A stretch of DNA of 64,000 nt, from positions 29,078,001-29,142,000 of the forward strand of contig OX597828.1 of NCBI GenBank assembly GCA_951406725.2, in the 5' to 3' direction. The notes below the pieces were generated by a model. It worked only from the letters and a program-made list of their open reading frames with translations, was not told the origin of the DNA and searched no databases. Source of the stretch: Octopus vulgaris. Lineage: Eukaryota. A program made the translations under genes and the position numbers. Shown one piece after another: positions 44,426 through 57,780 of the stretch (position 1 is its first letter; each line of letters opens with the position of its first letter).

Positions 44426-44810
44426 GTGGAGGCGCAATACCCCAGTGGTTAGGGCAGCGGACTCGCGGTCATAGGATCGTGGTTTCGATTCCCAGACCGG
44501 GCGTTGTGAGTGTTTATTGAGCGAAAACACCTAAAGCTCCACGAGGATCCGGCAGGGATGGTGGTGATCCCTGCTGTACTCTTTCACCACATCTTTCTCT
44601 CACTCTTACTTCCTGTTTCTGTTGTACCTGTATTTCAAAGGGCCGGCCTTGTCAATCTCTGTGTCACGCTGAATCTGCCTGAGAACTACGTTAAGGGTAC
44701 ACGTGTCTGTGGAGTGCTCAGCCACTTGCACGTTAATTTCACGAGCAGGCTGTTCCGTTGATTCGGATCAACCGGAACCCTCGTCGTCGTAACCGACGGA
44801 GTGCTTCCAT
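44426..44810 (+). mobile_element. SINE family C (tRNA-Arg-like head), full length
   Basis: GGAGGCGCAATACCCAGTGGTTAGGGCAGCGGAC-TCG-CGGTC..GGTTTCGATTCCC. Another copy lies on the minus strand at 54660-54965. Confidence 0.88.
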
Positions 44811-45831
44811 TATTATTATTATTATTATAATTTTTATTATTATTATTATTATCATTATTGAAGGCGGCGAGCTGGTAGAATCGTTAGCACGTCGGGCAAA
44901 CTGCTTAGCTGCATTTCTTCCGTCCTTACGTTCTCGGTTCAAATTCCGCCGAGGTCGGTTTTGCCTTTCATCCTTTTCGGGGTCGATGAAATAAGTACCT
45001 GTTACGCACTGGGGTCGATGTAATCGACTTTCTCCCTTCCCCATAAATTTCGGGCCTTGTACCCTATTGTAGAAAGGATGATTATTTCCGACCATATCAC
45101 GCTGAAAACATTCGTTCTCGACTGATCACCGACGTTAAGAAGCAACGTTGAGTCTAGTTTGTATTTGGAGAGGTGGCCGCTTGCAAAACCAAAGTGCTGT
45201 AAGCAAAACCTTTAGATTTTCTCAAAAAAAAAAAAGAAAATGGCGAGCTAGCAGAATCGTAAGCGCGACGAACAAAATGCTAAGCAGCATTTCGTCTAAT
45301 TCTTTACATTCTGAGTTCAAATTCAACCGAGGCTGACTTTGTCTTTCATCCTTTCGGGGTCAATGAAATAAGTACCAGTCGAGTACTGGGGTCAACGTAA
45401 TCGACTAGACCCCTTTCCCCAAGATCCCAGGCCTTGTGCCTATAGTAGAAAGGGTTATTATCGTTCTGGATATTGTTTCTTGTCTGTTGCCGGTTAATTC
45501 GTTATTGCCGATATTTTTTTTTGTTATTGTAGAAATAGTATTGTTGTTGATACTGTTATTGTCGCTGTGGTCGTCGTCGTCGTTGTTGTTGTTGTTGTTG
45601 CTGTTGTTGTTGTCGTTGCCAGCAGTGACCTCAGTGACCCGTAGCCTTACTTCAGGATGTGGAAATGTGAACAACAGCGATGATGTCATGACTGATTCAA
45701 GTGTTATTAGATACGTGGTGTCGAAACGGCAGTAGCGGCAGTGGAGATGGTCATAGTTATAGTCTTACCGATTGCGGAGCGACGGTGCTGGTGGTGGTGG
45801 TGGTGCTTGTGGCAGTGGTTCTTATGTGTTG

Positions 45832-45863
<32 letters not shown>

Positions 45864-46515
45864 GGTGGTGGTGGTGGTGGTGAAGCGAAAAAAATGCTTT
45901 GAACGAACAAGTTCAAGTGGTAATGATGCGACTAAATGTATGCAAGCTATTATGATTGTTTATCAATGGCAATTACTGATGCCGAGATGTAGGAAGTGAG
46001 GTCTTCGTCAAGTGTGTAAGGATGTATGTGTATGTGTGTGACTGTATACATGTATGTATGTAAAGGCAGCGAGCTGCCAGAAACGTTAGCACGCCGGGCG
46101 AAATGCGTAGCCGTATTTCGTCTGCCGTTACGTTCTGAGTTCAAACACCAGTTACGCACTGGGGTCGATATAATCGACTTAATCCGCTTGTCTGTCCTTG
46201 TTTGCCCTCTCTGTGTTTAGCCCCTTGTGGGTAGTAAAGAAATATGTATACATGTACGTGTGTGTATGCGTATGTGTGTGTGTGTGTGTAATTGAAAGCA
46301 AAGAGAAGAGTGGAGAGTTATTTACATCGGAAACTTTTTATTAAATGCTTAGCGGCCTTTCGTCTGTCTTTATGTTCTGAGTTCAAATTCCGCTGAGGTC
46401 GAATTTGCCTTTCATCCTTTCGGGGTCGATAAACTAAGTACCAGTTGCGTACTAGGGTCGATTTTATCGACTTAATACTCTCCCCAAATTTTCGGGCCAT
46501 GTACCTAGTGTAGAA

Positions 46516-46559
<44 letters not shown>

Positions 46560-46893
46560 ATTTTTCCAGTTTCAGCTAATGAGCTGTGGCCATGCTGGGG
46601 CACCGCCATTATATGTGTGTGTGTATATATATATTCACACGCACATACATGTATATGTGTACGTATGTATGTATGTACGTATACACACACACCACACACA
46701 CATATATATGTATATATATATAAATACATATTATATACATATATATATGTGTATGCACACATACGCATAAACACGCACACGCACACACACTTGCATATAA
46801 ATATAAATATGCATGTGTGTTTGCGTTTGTGCTTGCGTATGTGTATGTATGTGCATGTGTGTGAGTTTGTATGCGTGCGTGCGTGCGTGCGCG

Positions 46894-46963
<70 letters not shown>

Positions 46964-47551
46964 TAAGCGTTACTCACCATTCTTGTCTTTTCGATATTTT
47001 GCTCGTTTGAAGGCGGCGAGTTGGCAGAAACGTTAGAACACCGGGCGAAACGCTTAGCAGTATTTCGTCTGTGTTTTACGTTCTGAGTTCAAATTCCGCC
47101 GAGGTCGACTTTGCCTTTCATCCTTTCGGGGTCGATGAATTAAGCTAAGAACCTTTCGGTGCACCCTCGTACATATTGTTTATCAATAACACGTCATTCT
47201 CACCTCTAACTCAATGTCGTTGTTTTTTCTTATCTTATTTCACATTTACCTATATTTTATTTAGCTTCCGTTCATTTTCACTGCTAGTTTTCTTTGGTAA
47301 ATAAATTAAACAATTTCTTTTCTTTCATAAATTTTTGATACCCCACCCACCCACTCGCCCACCCACCCACCATTGACTTACATAATTTTTAACACAAATA
47401 CTTAATTCTAAAGATAACCTGACTTTTACATTTCTCTGCTTCAATGTCGGTTATGCATTATTTCCTGCTTTATTTTAGTTTACGTCGAGGGATAAAATTA
47501 CAGACGAAACATGGCGAACACAATTTTCTTAACGTGTCTTTCAGTTCAAGA

Positions 47552-47617
<66 letters not shown>

Positions 47618-47639
47618 GGAGAGAGAGAGAAAGAGAGAG

Positions 47640-47729
<90 letters not shown>

Positions 47730-48359
47730 CATATAAATATATACATACATATATATGTATATGTATGTATAAGTATGTATATACATACATTATATATGTA
47801 TGTGTATATATATATATATATATATATTTATACGCATGTATGTATATATACGTGTGTATGTATGTATGTATGTATGTATGTATGTATGTATGTATGTATG
47901 TACACGCACCCATACGCACATATATGTATCTCGGTGTTTCACGTGGGTGGGTGTTTGTAAAACAATGGTGAAACAGTATCTGACAGAGAGCTCAGTACAA
48001 GGTGTACAAATAAATACATTTTATATCATCAATGGCGGGAGTTGTGTAGAAATTTCGTCATGCTGCTTCTTTTCATTATCACAGGAACCAATTGGACGAA
48101 ACTTGCAAGTAACTGACAACATTTATAATATAAGATATGGCATGTTTACATTATATATATATATATATAAAATTATAATATAGGGTATCTAAGAGATACC
48201 TCCACGCTGGAAATAACAGTCAAAACTTGACTCTAAAACCACATTAAATGTTCATACAGCACTAGGAGAGAAGACAAAGAGACAAAATAAACAAGCAAAA
48301 AAAAATTACTGGATAATTCCAGATCCCGGATTTCTGGCTTTGCACAAGAAATTTTTTGC

Positions 48360-48400
<41 letters not shown>

Positions 48401-48541
48401 ACATCACAATTGATTGTGATGTTGAACTTATAAATGGTCTATGACTATTTAATTTTTTCCCACTAGGCCGCTGGTGGCAAATAAATTCTACGAAATTTTT
48501 TGCCACCCTATATTGCAAATAAATTAATTTTTTACCTATAT

Positions 48542-48618
<77 letters not shown>

Positions 48619-48677
48619 TACACATATACATATTATACATAACTATATATATATCCATCTATCTATCTATCTATCTA

Positions 48678-48710
<33 letters not shown>

Positions 48711-48713
<3 letters not shown>

Positions 48714-49640
48714 TGGCTTTCCTCCCTTCTCACATCCATGACACCAACCACGTGCTTTCTTTTTTTCTACTCCTCTTTTCCCCCTGGCGCCTCTAAACTT
48801 CTCTTCACTCTCGAGATCCAGAGCCTTTACACGGTGATCCCTCACCACGAGGGGCTGCGTGCACTCCAACATTTTCTTGACCTTCGACCCAACCTCCAGC
48901 CCAACACATCGACACTCATTCGTCTGGCCTAACTTGTCCTCTCACTGTTTCTCGTTCGCTGGTGATTTTTACCACCAGTCTCAAGAGTGGCCATGGGAAC
49001 GAGAATGGGCCCCAACCATGCGAACCTGTTCGTTGGTTACGTTGAGGCCCAAATATTCTCAAGTTTCACTGGTCCCACTTCCGAACTATACGGCCGTTAT
49101 ATTGACGACTGTATCGGTGCGACCTCACTCTCCCGCGAACATCAATACTCCTTCCTCTCTTTCGTCAAATCTTTCCATCCTGTCCTCCACTTCTCCTGCA
49201 CCATCTCTGACACCTCTGTCTCCTTTCTTGACATTTCGGTCAGCATTCATCACTCCACTCTCACCACCTCCATCCACTACAAGCACACAGACTCACACTC
49301 ATACCTCAACTTCTCCTCCTCCCACCCTAAACACACCAAGCTTTTCATCTCCTATTCGCAATTCCTCCGTCTACGCAGGCTCTGTAGTGATGACCATGAC
49401 TTTGAGACTCAGTCTCAACTCATGGCTCACCACTTCATCCTACGTGGATATCTCTTCACCACTATCTACACCGCCTTTGCCATAGCACTCCCGTGGATCG
49501 TGCATCTGCTCTCTCTCCGCACCCGCCCCGCGGTCTCTTGTCTCCCGTTTCCCCTCACCTACCACTCCACCATCCTACCTCTCCAACGCACCATTCTCCG
49601 AGCCTTTAGGCGACTCCAATCCGACCCCTCTACTTCGCAC
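48711..49640 (+). mobile_element. Penelope-like element (Neptune-type) reverse transcriptase, truncated and frameshifted
   Basis: LFTLEIQSLYTVIPHHEGL, AMGTRMGPNHANLFVG, YGRYIDD, SVSFLD, YKHTDSHSYL..SSHP..ISYSQFLRLRRLCS. Flanked by (TA)n. Confidence 0.93.
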
Positions 49641-49718
49641 ATCAGTGACTTTTCGTTACTGGAAAAAGGTTTTATGTACTTGCATTGGGACCCCTTCGCA
49701 TCGAAGACCGGTGACTGT

Positions 49719-49763
49719 CGTGCGCTGACGACGAGTAAATACTCAGAAACCCGGGTCTGTGCG
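49719..49763 (+). ncRNA. Type I hammerhead ribozyme motif in the PLE terminal repeat (49645-49925)
   Basis: cgtgcg-CTGACGA-c-GAGT-aaat-ACTC-a-GAAAC-ccgg-GTC-tgtgcg. Intact core, palindromic ACCCGGGT helix III, helix I with three G-U pairs. Confidence 0.7.
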
Positions 49764-50061
49764 TATCACGTCAGGTCGACGATAGGAAGGATGGCTTCCC
49801 TTTGCAAATACTGATAGGGCACAGAAAGTGTGTCAATAGCCAGCTGAAGAAGATGTTCTCCTGGGGCTACAAGCTACAGTTGCACCCACCCTTAGTGGTT
49901 AGCCACATTTAAGTGACAAATATACTTCACATATACATACATATATATATACATATACATCCATACATATACATACATAAATATATATATATATACATAT
50001 ATATAAGTATACATAAATATGCATACATATATACACATATATACATACATATAATGATATA

Positions 50062-50140
<79 letters not shown>

Positions 50141-50178
50141 AAAAAGGGTACGGGCGTCGCTACTATATATATGTATAT

Positions 50179-50520
50179 GTAAAAAAATACAAACTGGGAC
50201 AAGAACGCAAAACATTTAGAAGACATTCTTGTTATCATTATTGTTTTTACATATTTTTGTATTTTTATTCGTGTAACATCGTCCGGTTTTCCGTCCTTGT
50301 TTTGTATACATTCGAGGCTTTCTTCCAAGGAATCTAATGCGCTTGGCTTAGATTTTCCTTTGGGGCTGGCCAGATCGGAGCAATCTCAAGATTAATCAGT
50401 CGAAATTGCGAAGATGATCCGGTTCTTGACTGAAGATTGAAGGCTTCGAATGTCCCGTCCGTGTTTTTTGTATCGTCTTCTAAATGTTTTGCGTTCTTGT
50501 CCCAGTTTGTATTTTTTTAC
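50179..50520. repeat. Element with perfect 46-bp inverted repeats, embedded in (TA)n
   Basis: 50179-50224 GTAAAAAAATACAAACTGGGACAAGAACGCAAAACATTTAGAAGAC is the exact reverse complement of 50475-50520. Confidence 0.9.
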
Positions 50521-50608
<88 letters not shown>

Positions 50609-50822
50609 GAACAAGACGTCACCAACTGTAAACAACATGAAGTACGAAAGCAAATGAGTTAAATGGGCAAACAACGACAGAAAAATGGAAAACAGGGCAA
50701 GTAATACAAAGAACGACCCTTCATTAATTGTCGACTGTGTATCTGCTTATTTCAAGCATTCGACGACAATATGAGTGTTCGAAGACAGTTGCTCTCATAT
50801 AATCTATCTATATACATATATA

Positions 50823-50864
<42 letters not shown>

Positions 50865-50955
50865 AAAATATAAATATACACATAATAGCATCACTATTAT
50901 ATGGTTTCATTTTCAATTACTTTCGCTATGTACTTACATACGTCTGTATATGTGC

Positions 50956-51028
<73 letters not shown>

Positions 51029-51125
51029 AAGCTAAAACCGTCTTCAAGGATAGAGCAGCCTCCAGTTCAAGCCAGCTCTCACAGCCCATTTTGAAATCGG
51101 TTCTTTCTGTATATATACATATATA

Positions 51126-51199
<74 letters not shown>

Positions 51200-51463
51200 C
51201 ACACATACATTTATGCTATGTTTACTCAATATTTATGTTCCTCATTTCTTAGTCTAGACGGCTCCGTTAGCAGTCATTCTGAGAAGAAATCTTTCACGAA
51301 GTATTTACTTGGCAAAACTCCTCGAAAACTTCCGTCTCTTTTCCACCAGTTTCGCTACCACAAACACATTGCAAGTGCAAGCACACTACCAACAAATAAG
51401 GCTATCGGCCCTGACAATCACTTTTTCATCACTCTCACTATGTACCACACATTTAGCTCCTTT

Positions 51464-51550
<87 letters not shown>

Positions 51551-51637
51551 CACTCTCTATCTATCTATTTATCTGTCTGTCTGTTTATCTATCTGTCTAT
51601 CTTCTCTCTCACTCTATCTGACTGTCTGTCTATCTCC

Positions 51638-51697
<60 letters not shown>

Positions 51698-51743
51698 GTC
51701 TATCTGTCTGTCTGTCTATCTGTCTGCCTTCTCTCTCACTCTA

Positions 51744-51775
<32 letters not shown>

Positions 51776-51817
51776 CGTCTGTCTATCTATCTATCTATCT
51801 GTCTGTCTGTCTGACTA

Positions 51818-51848
<31 letters not shown>

Positions 51849-52439
51849 GTCTGTCTGTCCGTTACATCTCTTCCTTAAGTCGCAATCTGTGTATACATCT
51901 ATCTATCGTTCGCACAATTTATCACGTCCTTCCACTCTCGCCTCTTTCTTAGTATTTCTCAAACTTCATCTTACATATAATACAAAATATTCCATTCCCA
52001 AGAAGGGTAACCAGTCTGATTCCAGCAACTCTGCCGTCCACTTCTTCTCACTTTGTACATCACAAAAAGATGAAGACCGTCGTTAATGCCCGCTTTCTCC
52101 GACACATTCACCCCTGTCCCTTTGCAGTGAGCACCAATATGGCTTCCTCCTGGCTACATTTACCGGAAACCTGTACTCACGTGTTATAACTTGACCAATG
52201 CTTCTTAAAAAGAACTGCCTCTCATTTCTTCATGGACCAAATATACTCCTCGGTCGTCTGCGGACAATCTGCGGCAAACAGGATGTCTCTACGTGCGGAA
52301 TTGTTGGGGACCGCTTGTGAAATCCACATATTCCCACGAAACTTCTTCCATGGTAGAAGAAGCCGACTCAACCCGCCCAGGGTGAATGTCGCCACAAGTA
52401 GTAAGTAAATATACTCAGACAGATACATGGAAGGCCTTT

Positions 52440-52800
52440 TCCCAGATATTTGAAAGCCTTCTTATGCGAATCGGCTTTTGCTTTAAAGTTACTTTCTGTT
52501 AATCTAGGATACATCTTGTACATTCACCTGTTATCATTTTTGTCTTTTGCTTGGTAAACTATTCCGTTAGTCCATTAATTTCCTTTAAAGCCGAAGTTGC
52601 CAGGATCCATATAATAACAATTTGGGATTAGTTCATAAGCATTCACTTTTTACATTAGGTTGACTAATCGAAGAAACAAAGTTTTCACAGCAAAAATAAC
52701 TAATCTTCGTGATGCCTCTGTTGAAGATACTATCGTCGTCTGTACCTCTTGTGAAAATATCAAGATACCAAATTTATGAATTCACTCACTAAATAAGCTT
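52440..52800 (-). mobile_element. Decayed PLE GIY-YIG endonuclease region
   Basis: Minus pieces FNRGITKISYFCCENFVSSIS and LKGN*WTNGIVYQAK..MYPRLTESNFKAKADSHKKAFKY match FN.NT.K.SYSC / IVY.A..YIG.TE..FK.R..H..SF. Confidence 0.65.
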
Positions 52801-53352
52801 TTAAGTCAAAACAGAATGTTAGATTAAACTATAATACTTTCTTGGTTCTAATCTTATTCCACGTAGTTATGTAGTGGAACTGCATGACATACCGGGCGAG
52901 TGTCTTCTACAATGGCTTAGGGACAACGAAAGTCTTGAGAGTTCATTTTGTTAACAGAAAATGAAAGAAGCCCGTTGTGTGTGTGTGTATATATATATAA
53001 GTATATAAGTATATATATAAGTTTGGCGCGATTACGGTAGTTTTTGAAAATTTTAGGGCAGACATTCCCGGAGCATAGATACTACTGCCTCGTGTATGTC
53101 TGTCTCTCCTGGTTTCTTTACCGATGAGATGTGGCCTTTGGTAGATCGACTTAATTAAGTTTAATTTAATTTAATTTGGCTGGTATGCCATTAAAAACAT
53201 CGAAACAATGCTTTGTCTAAAGATGAATAGGGTAAATGTTTTTTTAATTTTCCTTTCATTTCTGAATTACTATTACTTGACGGTTTGAGTCCTGGCTGCT
53301 CTTTCTAGTGGGTCGAATGGCCTATTTGAGGCCGTTCCTCAATTGTTGTTGA

Positions 53353-53386
<34 letters not shown>

Positions 53387-53392
<6 letters not shown>

Positions 53393-53567
53393 TGTTGTGA
53401 ATTTATGGAAAGAAACCCCCTCAACAATTTGGTTAAAAATGGAGAATAAATGATGTTAAAATATATAAGAGAATTTTAATTCATACAGATTAACATCTTC
53501 TCTTCTCCATTTTAACCAAATTGTTGAGTTTTATGGAATTTCTTTCGTTAAATTCACAAAACATCAT
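53387..53567. repeat. Imperfect about 72-bp inverted repeat next to (TA)n
   Basis: ATGATGTGTTGTGAATTT..CTCAACAATTTGGTTAAAAATGGAGAA pairs with TTCTCCATTTTAACCAAATTGTTGAG..AAATTCACAAAACATCAT. Confidence 0.85.
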
Positions 53568-53752
53568 GTACAAGTATTATTTTCATATTCGCAAATTTAC
53601 GCCTGTAAACAACCAGCAAAATATGAAGAATCAATATTAGAAATATTCATCCCACCTAAGGCTCGGACATTATATTTTTTGTCAATAAAATTAACTGACC
53701 GTTATTATTTTTTTTACCTCCAGTTTGAAAAGAGGTTACATGTCCGCGGCCA

Positions 53753-53818
53753 TTGGAGTCTGACGAGCCGTTTATAAGGTTAAGCGCTTTATGGATGCGA
53801 AACCATTGATCACTCTAA
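53753..53818 (+). ncRNA. Type I hammerhead ribozyme motif with long helix II
   Basis: ttggagt-CTGACGA-gccgtttataagg..ctttatggatgc-GAAAC-cattg-ATC-actctaa. 7-bp helix I, about 12-bp helix II, one mismatch in helix III. Confidence 0.7.
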
Positions 53819-54158
53819 TCCGACCATACAATTCCTATAAATAAATAAATATCATGATTTATCTCTTTCTTTGCCTATTTTCTCTTCCCTCCCCCTTTTT
53901 GCTTCTCATTCCCTCTTTCACCCTTTTTTTTCCAAAGAAACAGAAACAATATTCTCCTCTTCTAAACAAAGCAAAAAATATCCGATTCATATAAATGCAC
54001 AACGAAACGTTCTGTTTTTACCATTTCGATTTTGTCTTGAGTCCGATAAACGAATGAAAGCGCTAATAAAGAATTATCCAAAATTCTGACTGCTTCCTTT
54101 TTCTCAACATACACTATCTGTACACCATTTCAAACTCTCTCGCTTGCGGGACTCGCTA

Positions 54159-54206
54159 CCCTGCACTGATGACGGGCAAGACCCTGAAACATGCATGTCT
54201 TCAGGT
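54159..54206 (+). ncRNA. Type I hammerhead ribozyme motif in a solo PLE-terminal-repeat-like element (about 54100-54370)
   Basis: cctgca-CTGATGA-c-GGG-caaga-CCC-t-GAAAC-atgcat-GTC-ttcagg. Intact core and 10-nt palindrome ACATGCATGT. Followed by CCTTTGCAAATA as at about 49799, then (TA)n. Confidence 0.75.
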
Positions 54207-54367
54207 TGCTAGTCCTAGCTGGTGGTGGTGCTTGCCTCCTCCTTTGCAAATATAAGGACACAGGAAATATGTCAAAGCAGACAGGAAGCGTCGATGCTAC
54301 CTAGGGCTATATAGCGGTGGTGTAATTCCCTCTACGGGACTGTCTCGTTATGTTGACATCATACAAC

Positions 54368-54459
<92 letters not shown>

Positions 54460-54972
54460 ACAGCCTTCGGTCATGAATGACCATGGTATTGCACCTAGAA
54501 AGTTACCCTCCGAGGTACAAGTCTGGGCAAGGTTGTTTATGGAAGACCAGCAGTCGCCCATGCATACCAGTCTCCCCTCTCCACACCACTGATGTTATCC
54601 AAGGGAAAGGCAAAGGCCGATACAGCTTGGCACCAGTGGCGTCGCAGCTCATTTATTAACGTGTTAGTGGCTGAGCACTCCACAGACACGTGTACCCTTA
54701 ACGTATTTCTCGGGGAGATTCAGCGTGGCACAGAGTGTGACAAGGCTGGCCCCTTGAAATATAGGTACAACAGAAACAGGAAGAAAGAGTGAGAAAAAGT
54801 TATGGTGAAAGAGTACAGCAGGGTCCACCACCACCCCCCTGGCGGAGCCTCTTGGAGCTTTAGGTGTTTTTTCGCTCGATAAACACTCAGAATGCCCGGT
54901 CTGGGAATCGAAACCGCCATCCTACGATTGCGAGTCCGCTGCGCTAACCACTAGGCCATTGCGTCTGACACA

Positions 54973-55032
<60 letters not shown>

Positions 55033-55579
55033 CACACACAAACACACACATACACATATATGTATGTATGTATATGTTTGTGTATCTGTGTTTGTCCCCC
55101 AACCGATGTTCGTATGTTTACGTCCTCGTTACCTAGCGGTTCGGCCAAAGAGACCGATAGAATAAGTACTGAGCTTACAAAGGATAAGTCCTGGGGTCGA
55201 TTTGTTCGACTAAAGGCGGTGCTCCAGCATGGTCGCGGTCAAAATGACTGAAACAAGTAAAAGAATAAAGAATATATATATGTACACATGTATATATACG
55301 ACGCGCTCTTTTCAGTTGATGTCCGACTAAACCTTTAAGGCGGTGTCTCAGCATATGTGTAGGCCAATGACTGAAACCATCCAGCCCAATCCATGTGCCC
55401 ATCCATCCTTACGCCACAATCTGCAACATCCAGCCTACTACTATCGCCCGTAGTTTTGGTATTTTAGTAATGGTGAAGCATTTTGGTAGACAAAGACTTA
55501 TTGGTCAGTTCCTAAAGATTAAGATTTAAATAAAACCGTTTCTGCTGCTGTCAACAAATACTGCTCTCACTTGACCGCT

Positions 55580-56510
55580 GCTACCACCACCACCACCATC
55601 ACCACCACCACCACCACCACCACCACCACCACCACCACCACCACCACCACCACCACCAACACCAACACCAACACCACCACCACCACCACCACCACCACCA
55701 CCACCACCACCACCACCACCACCACCACCACCACCACCACCACCACCAACACCAACACCACCACCACTACCGCCGCCGCCGCCACAATTACCACCATTAC
55801 AACCGCCACCATCACCATATCAACATCCCACCGCCGCCACCAACATCATTTGCACCACCATGACCACTAACAGCATCACTACCACCACCACCACCATCAC
55901 TAAAACCACCACCGCTTCCCCCACGACCACCACCTCATATCATTATCATCATCATTCATCATCATCATCATCATCATCTTCATCTTCATCTTCATTGCCA
56001 CCGCCACGACCACCACCACTACAATCATCTGCATTGCTCCCTTCGCCACCGCAACCACCACTACCACCAACACCACAATCATCAAATCCACCACCACCAC
56101 CACCACCACCACCACCACCACCACCACCACCACCACCACCACCACCACCACTACCACCATCACCACCACCTCCATCTCTGTTACTTCTATCACAGCTATC
56201 AACAGCAACACTAACGTCAGCAACAATAGCACCGCATTCCCCCACCACCACCACCACCACCACCATCATCGCCACCACCATCATCGCCACCACCATCACC
56301 ACCACCACCATCATCGCCACCACCACCACCACCACCACCACCACCACCATCATCGTCACCACCACCACCACCACCACTATCATACCTTTCCCACCACCAC
56401 CACCACCATCATCGCCACCACCACCACCACCACCACCACCACCACCACTATCATACCTTTCCCACCACCACCACCATCATCACCCACCACCACCACCACC
56501 ACCACCGTTG
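55580..56510. repeat. (CAC/CAT)n low-complexity field
   Basis: Direct reading. Source of the poly-T/P/H/V/G ORFs. Confidence 0.95.
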
Positions 56511-56839
56511 CCTCTATTACATAAACCCTAAAATATTTCTTTTCTCATCAACATCCCAGCCGCCTCACTTTCCCGCTGCCATCCCCCACCCCCACTTCTG
56601 TGTCATGGCGTCCACAATATTTCGTCATTAAAATTTATATTTCTTGATTTGCTGCCGATATTTTGGTGTAAACGAAGCCCAACCCGCCCGGGTGAGTAAA
56701 ATGGTAGCGATTGAAACCTGAGGCTGGTTTATCCGGCGCTTGAGGCAGATGCTAATTAGAGTGGGACATGGTGGGTGACATGAAGTGGGAGGGTGGTCGG
56801 TGATGAGTTCTTGACATAGAGAGTGAGAGGGAGGGGTGT

Positions 56840-56917
<78 letters not shown>

Positions 56918-56986
56918 TGTATAGGTGAGTGAACGAGCGAGCAAGCGAGAGAGGAACAGTGAGTTACACACTGACAGAAAAATAGT

Positions 56987-57074
<88 letters not shown>

Positions 57075-57099
57075 TAGATAGACAGATAGACAGACAGAC

Positions 57100-57161
<62 letters not shown>

Positions 57162-57780
57162 GCAGATAGAGCTAGAGAAACAGAGAGTGAGAGAGGGAGA
57201 GAGGGAGAGAGAGAAATTGTATATGGGAATATTGAAGAGAATCTTTATGTGGTTAAGCGAGTAAAATATAAAAAAAAAGAACTTGATGACTATGATTCAT
57301 GTTTGGTGAGGAGGTCTAATAAGACCGAAACGCGTCAGGGATTGTCGTCATGACAACCAATATTCAGATTCCCTCACCTCTCCTCCTTCTCTCATTAACA
57401 TTTTTTTTTCAAGCAGAACTTCAAGATTTTCTTTCCCTTAACCCTTTTGAGATAAATTGCCATTAACGTTAATGATTTTCTTTCTCATTACGGTTATACT
57501 TTTAATTGATTAATAATTATTTTCGGTTTACCACTGTATGTACTGTAACCGGTTCGCAACTATATATTTTTATTACATAAGAAAATCCTTGAGAAAATTT
57601 TCCATGCACGCGAGCGCGTACTAGAGAGGAGGGTTAAGAGTGTTATCGGAAGAGGTTAGACCAGAGTCGACAATAGAGAAATTATTTGATAAAATTTTAA
57701 AAATAAATAAAAGGCGAATGGAAAATAAAAGAGAATTAGATAAGGAAATTATTTTCAATCTATTTTTATTTATTTTTGGT

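Noticed and set aside
44426-44500. tRNA genes (heads of SINE A, B, C, D)
   Set aside because: They lack a complete acceptor stem and continue into SINE bodies.
48398-48425. 13-bp-arm palindrome TCAACATCACAAT-TG-ATTGTGATGTTGA
   Set aside because: Real but isolated. Probably a fold-back at a repeat end, with no function assignable.
50395-50445. Permuted hammerhead (GAAA...CTGAAGA)
   Set aside because: The required helices cannot be formed. TCAGTC simply pairs with GACTGA.
51380-51420. [11 protein letters not shown], resembling the LINE KA.GPD motif
   Set aside because: Too short, with no supporting adjacent motifs.
55571-56531. Mucin/extensin-like poly-Thr/Pro ORFs
   Set aside because: Pure (CAC)n with no codon variation or splice context.
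57438-57637. TTAA-CCCT...AGGG-TTAA piggyBac-like MITE
   Set aside because: The inverted match is only 4 bp beyond TTAA and could be chance.
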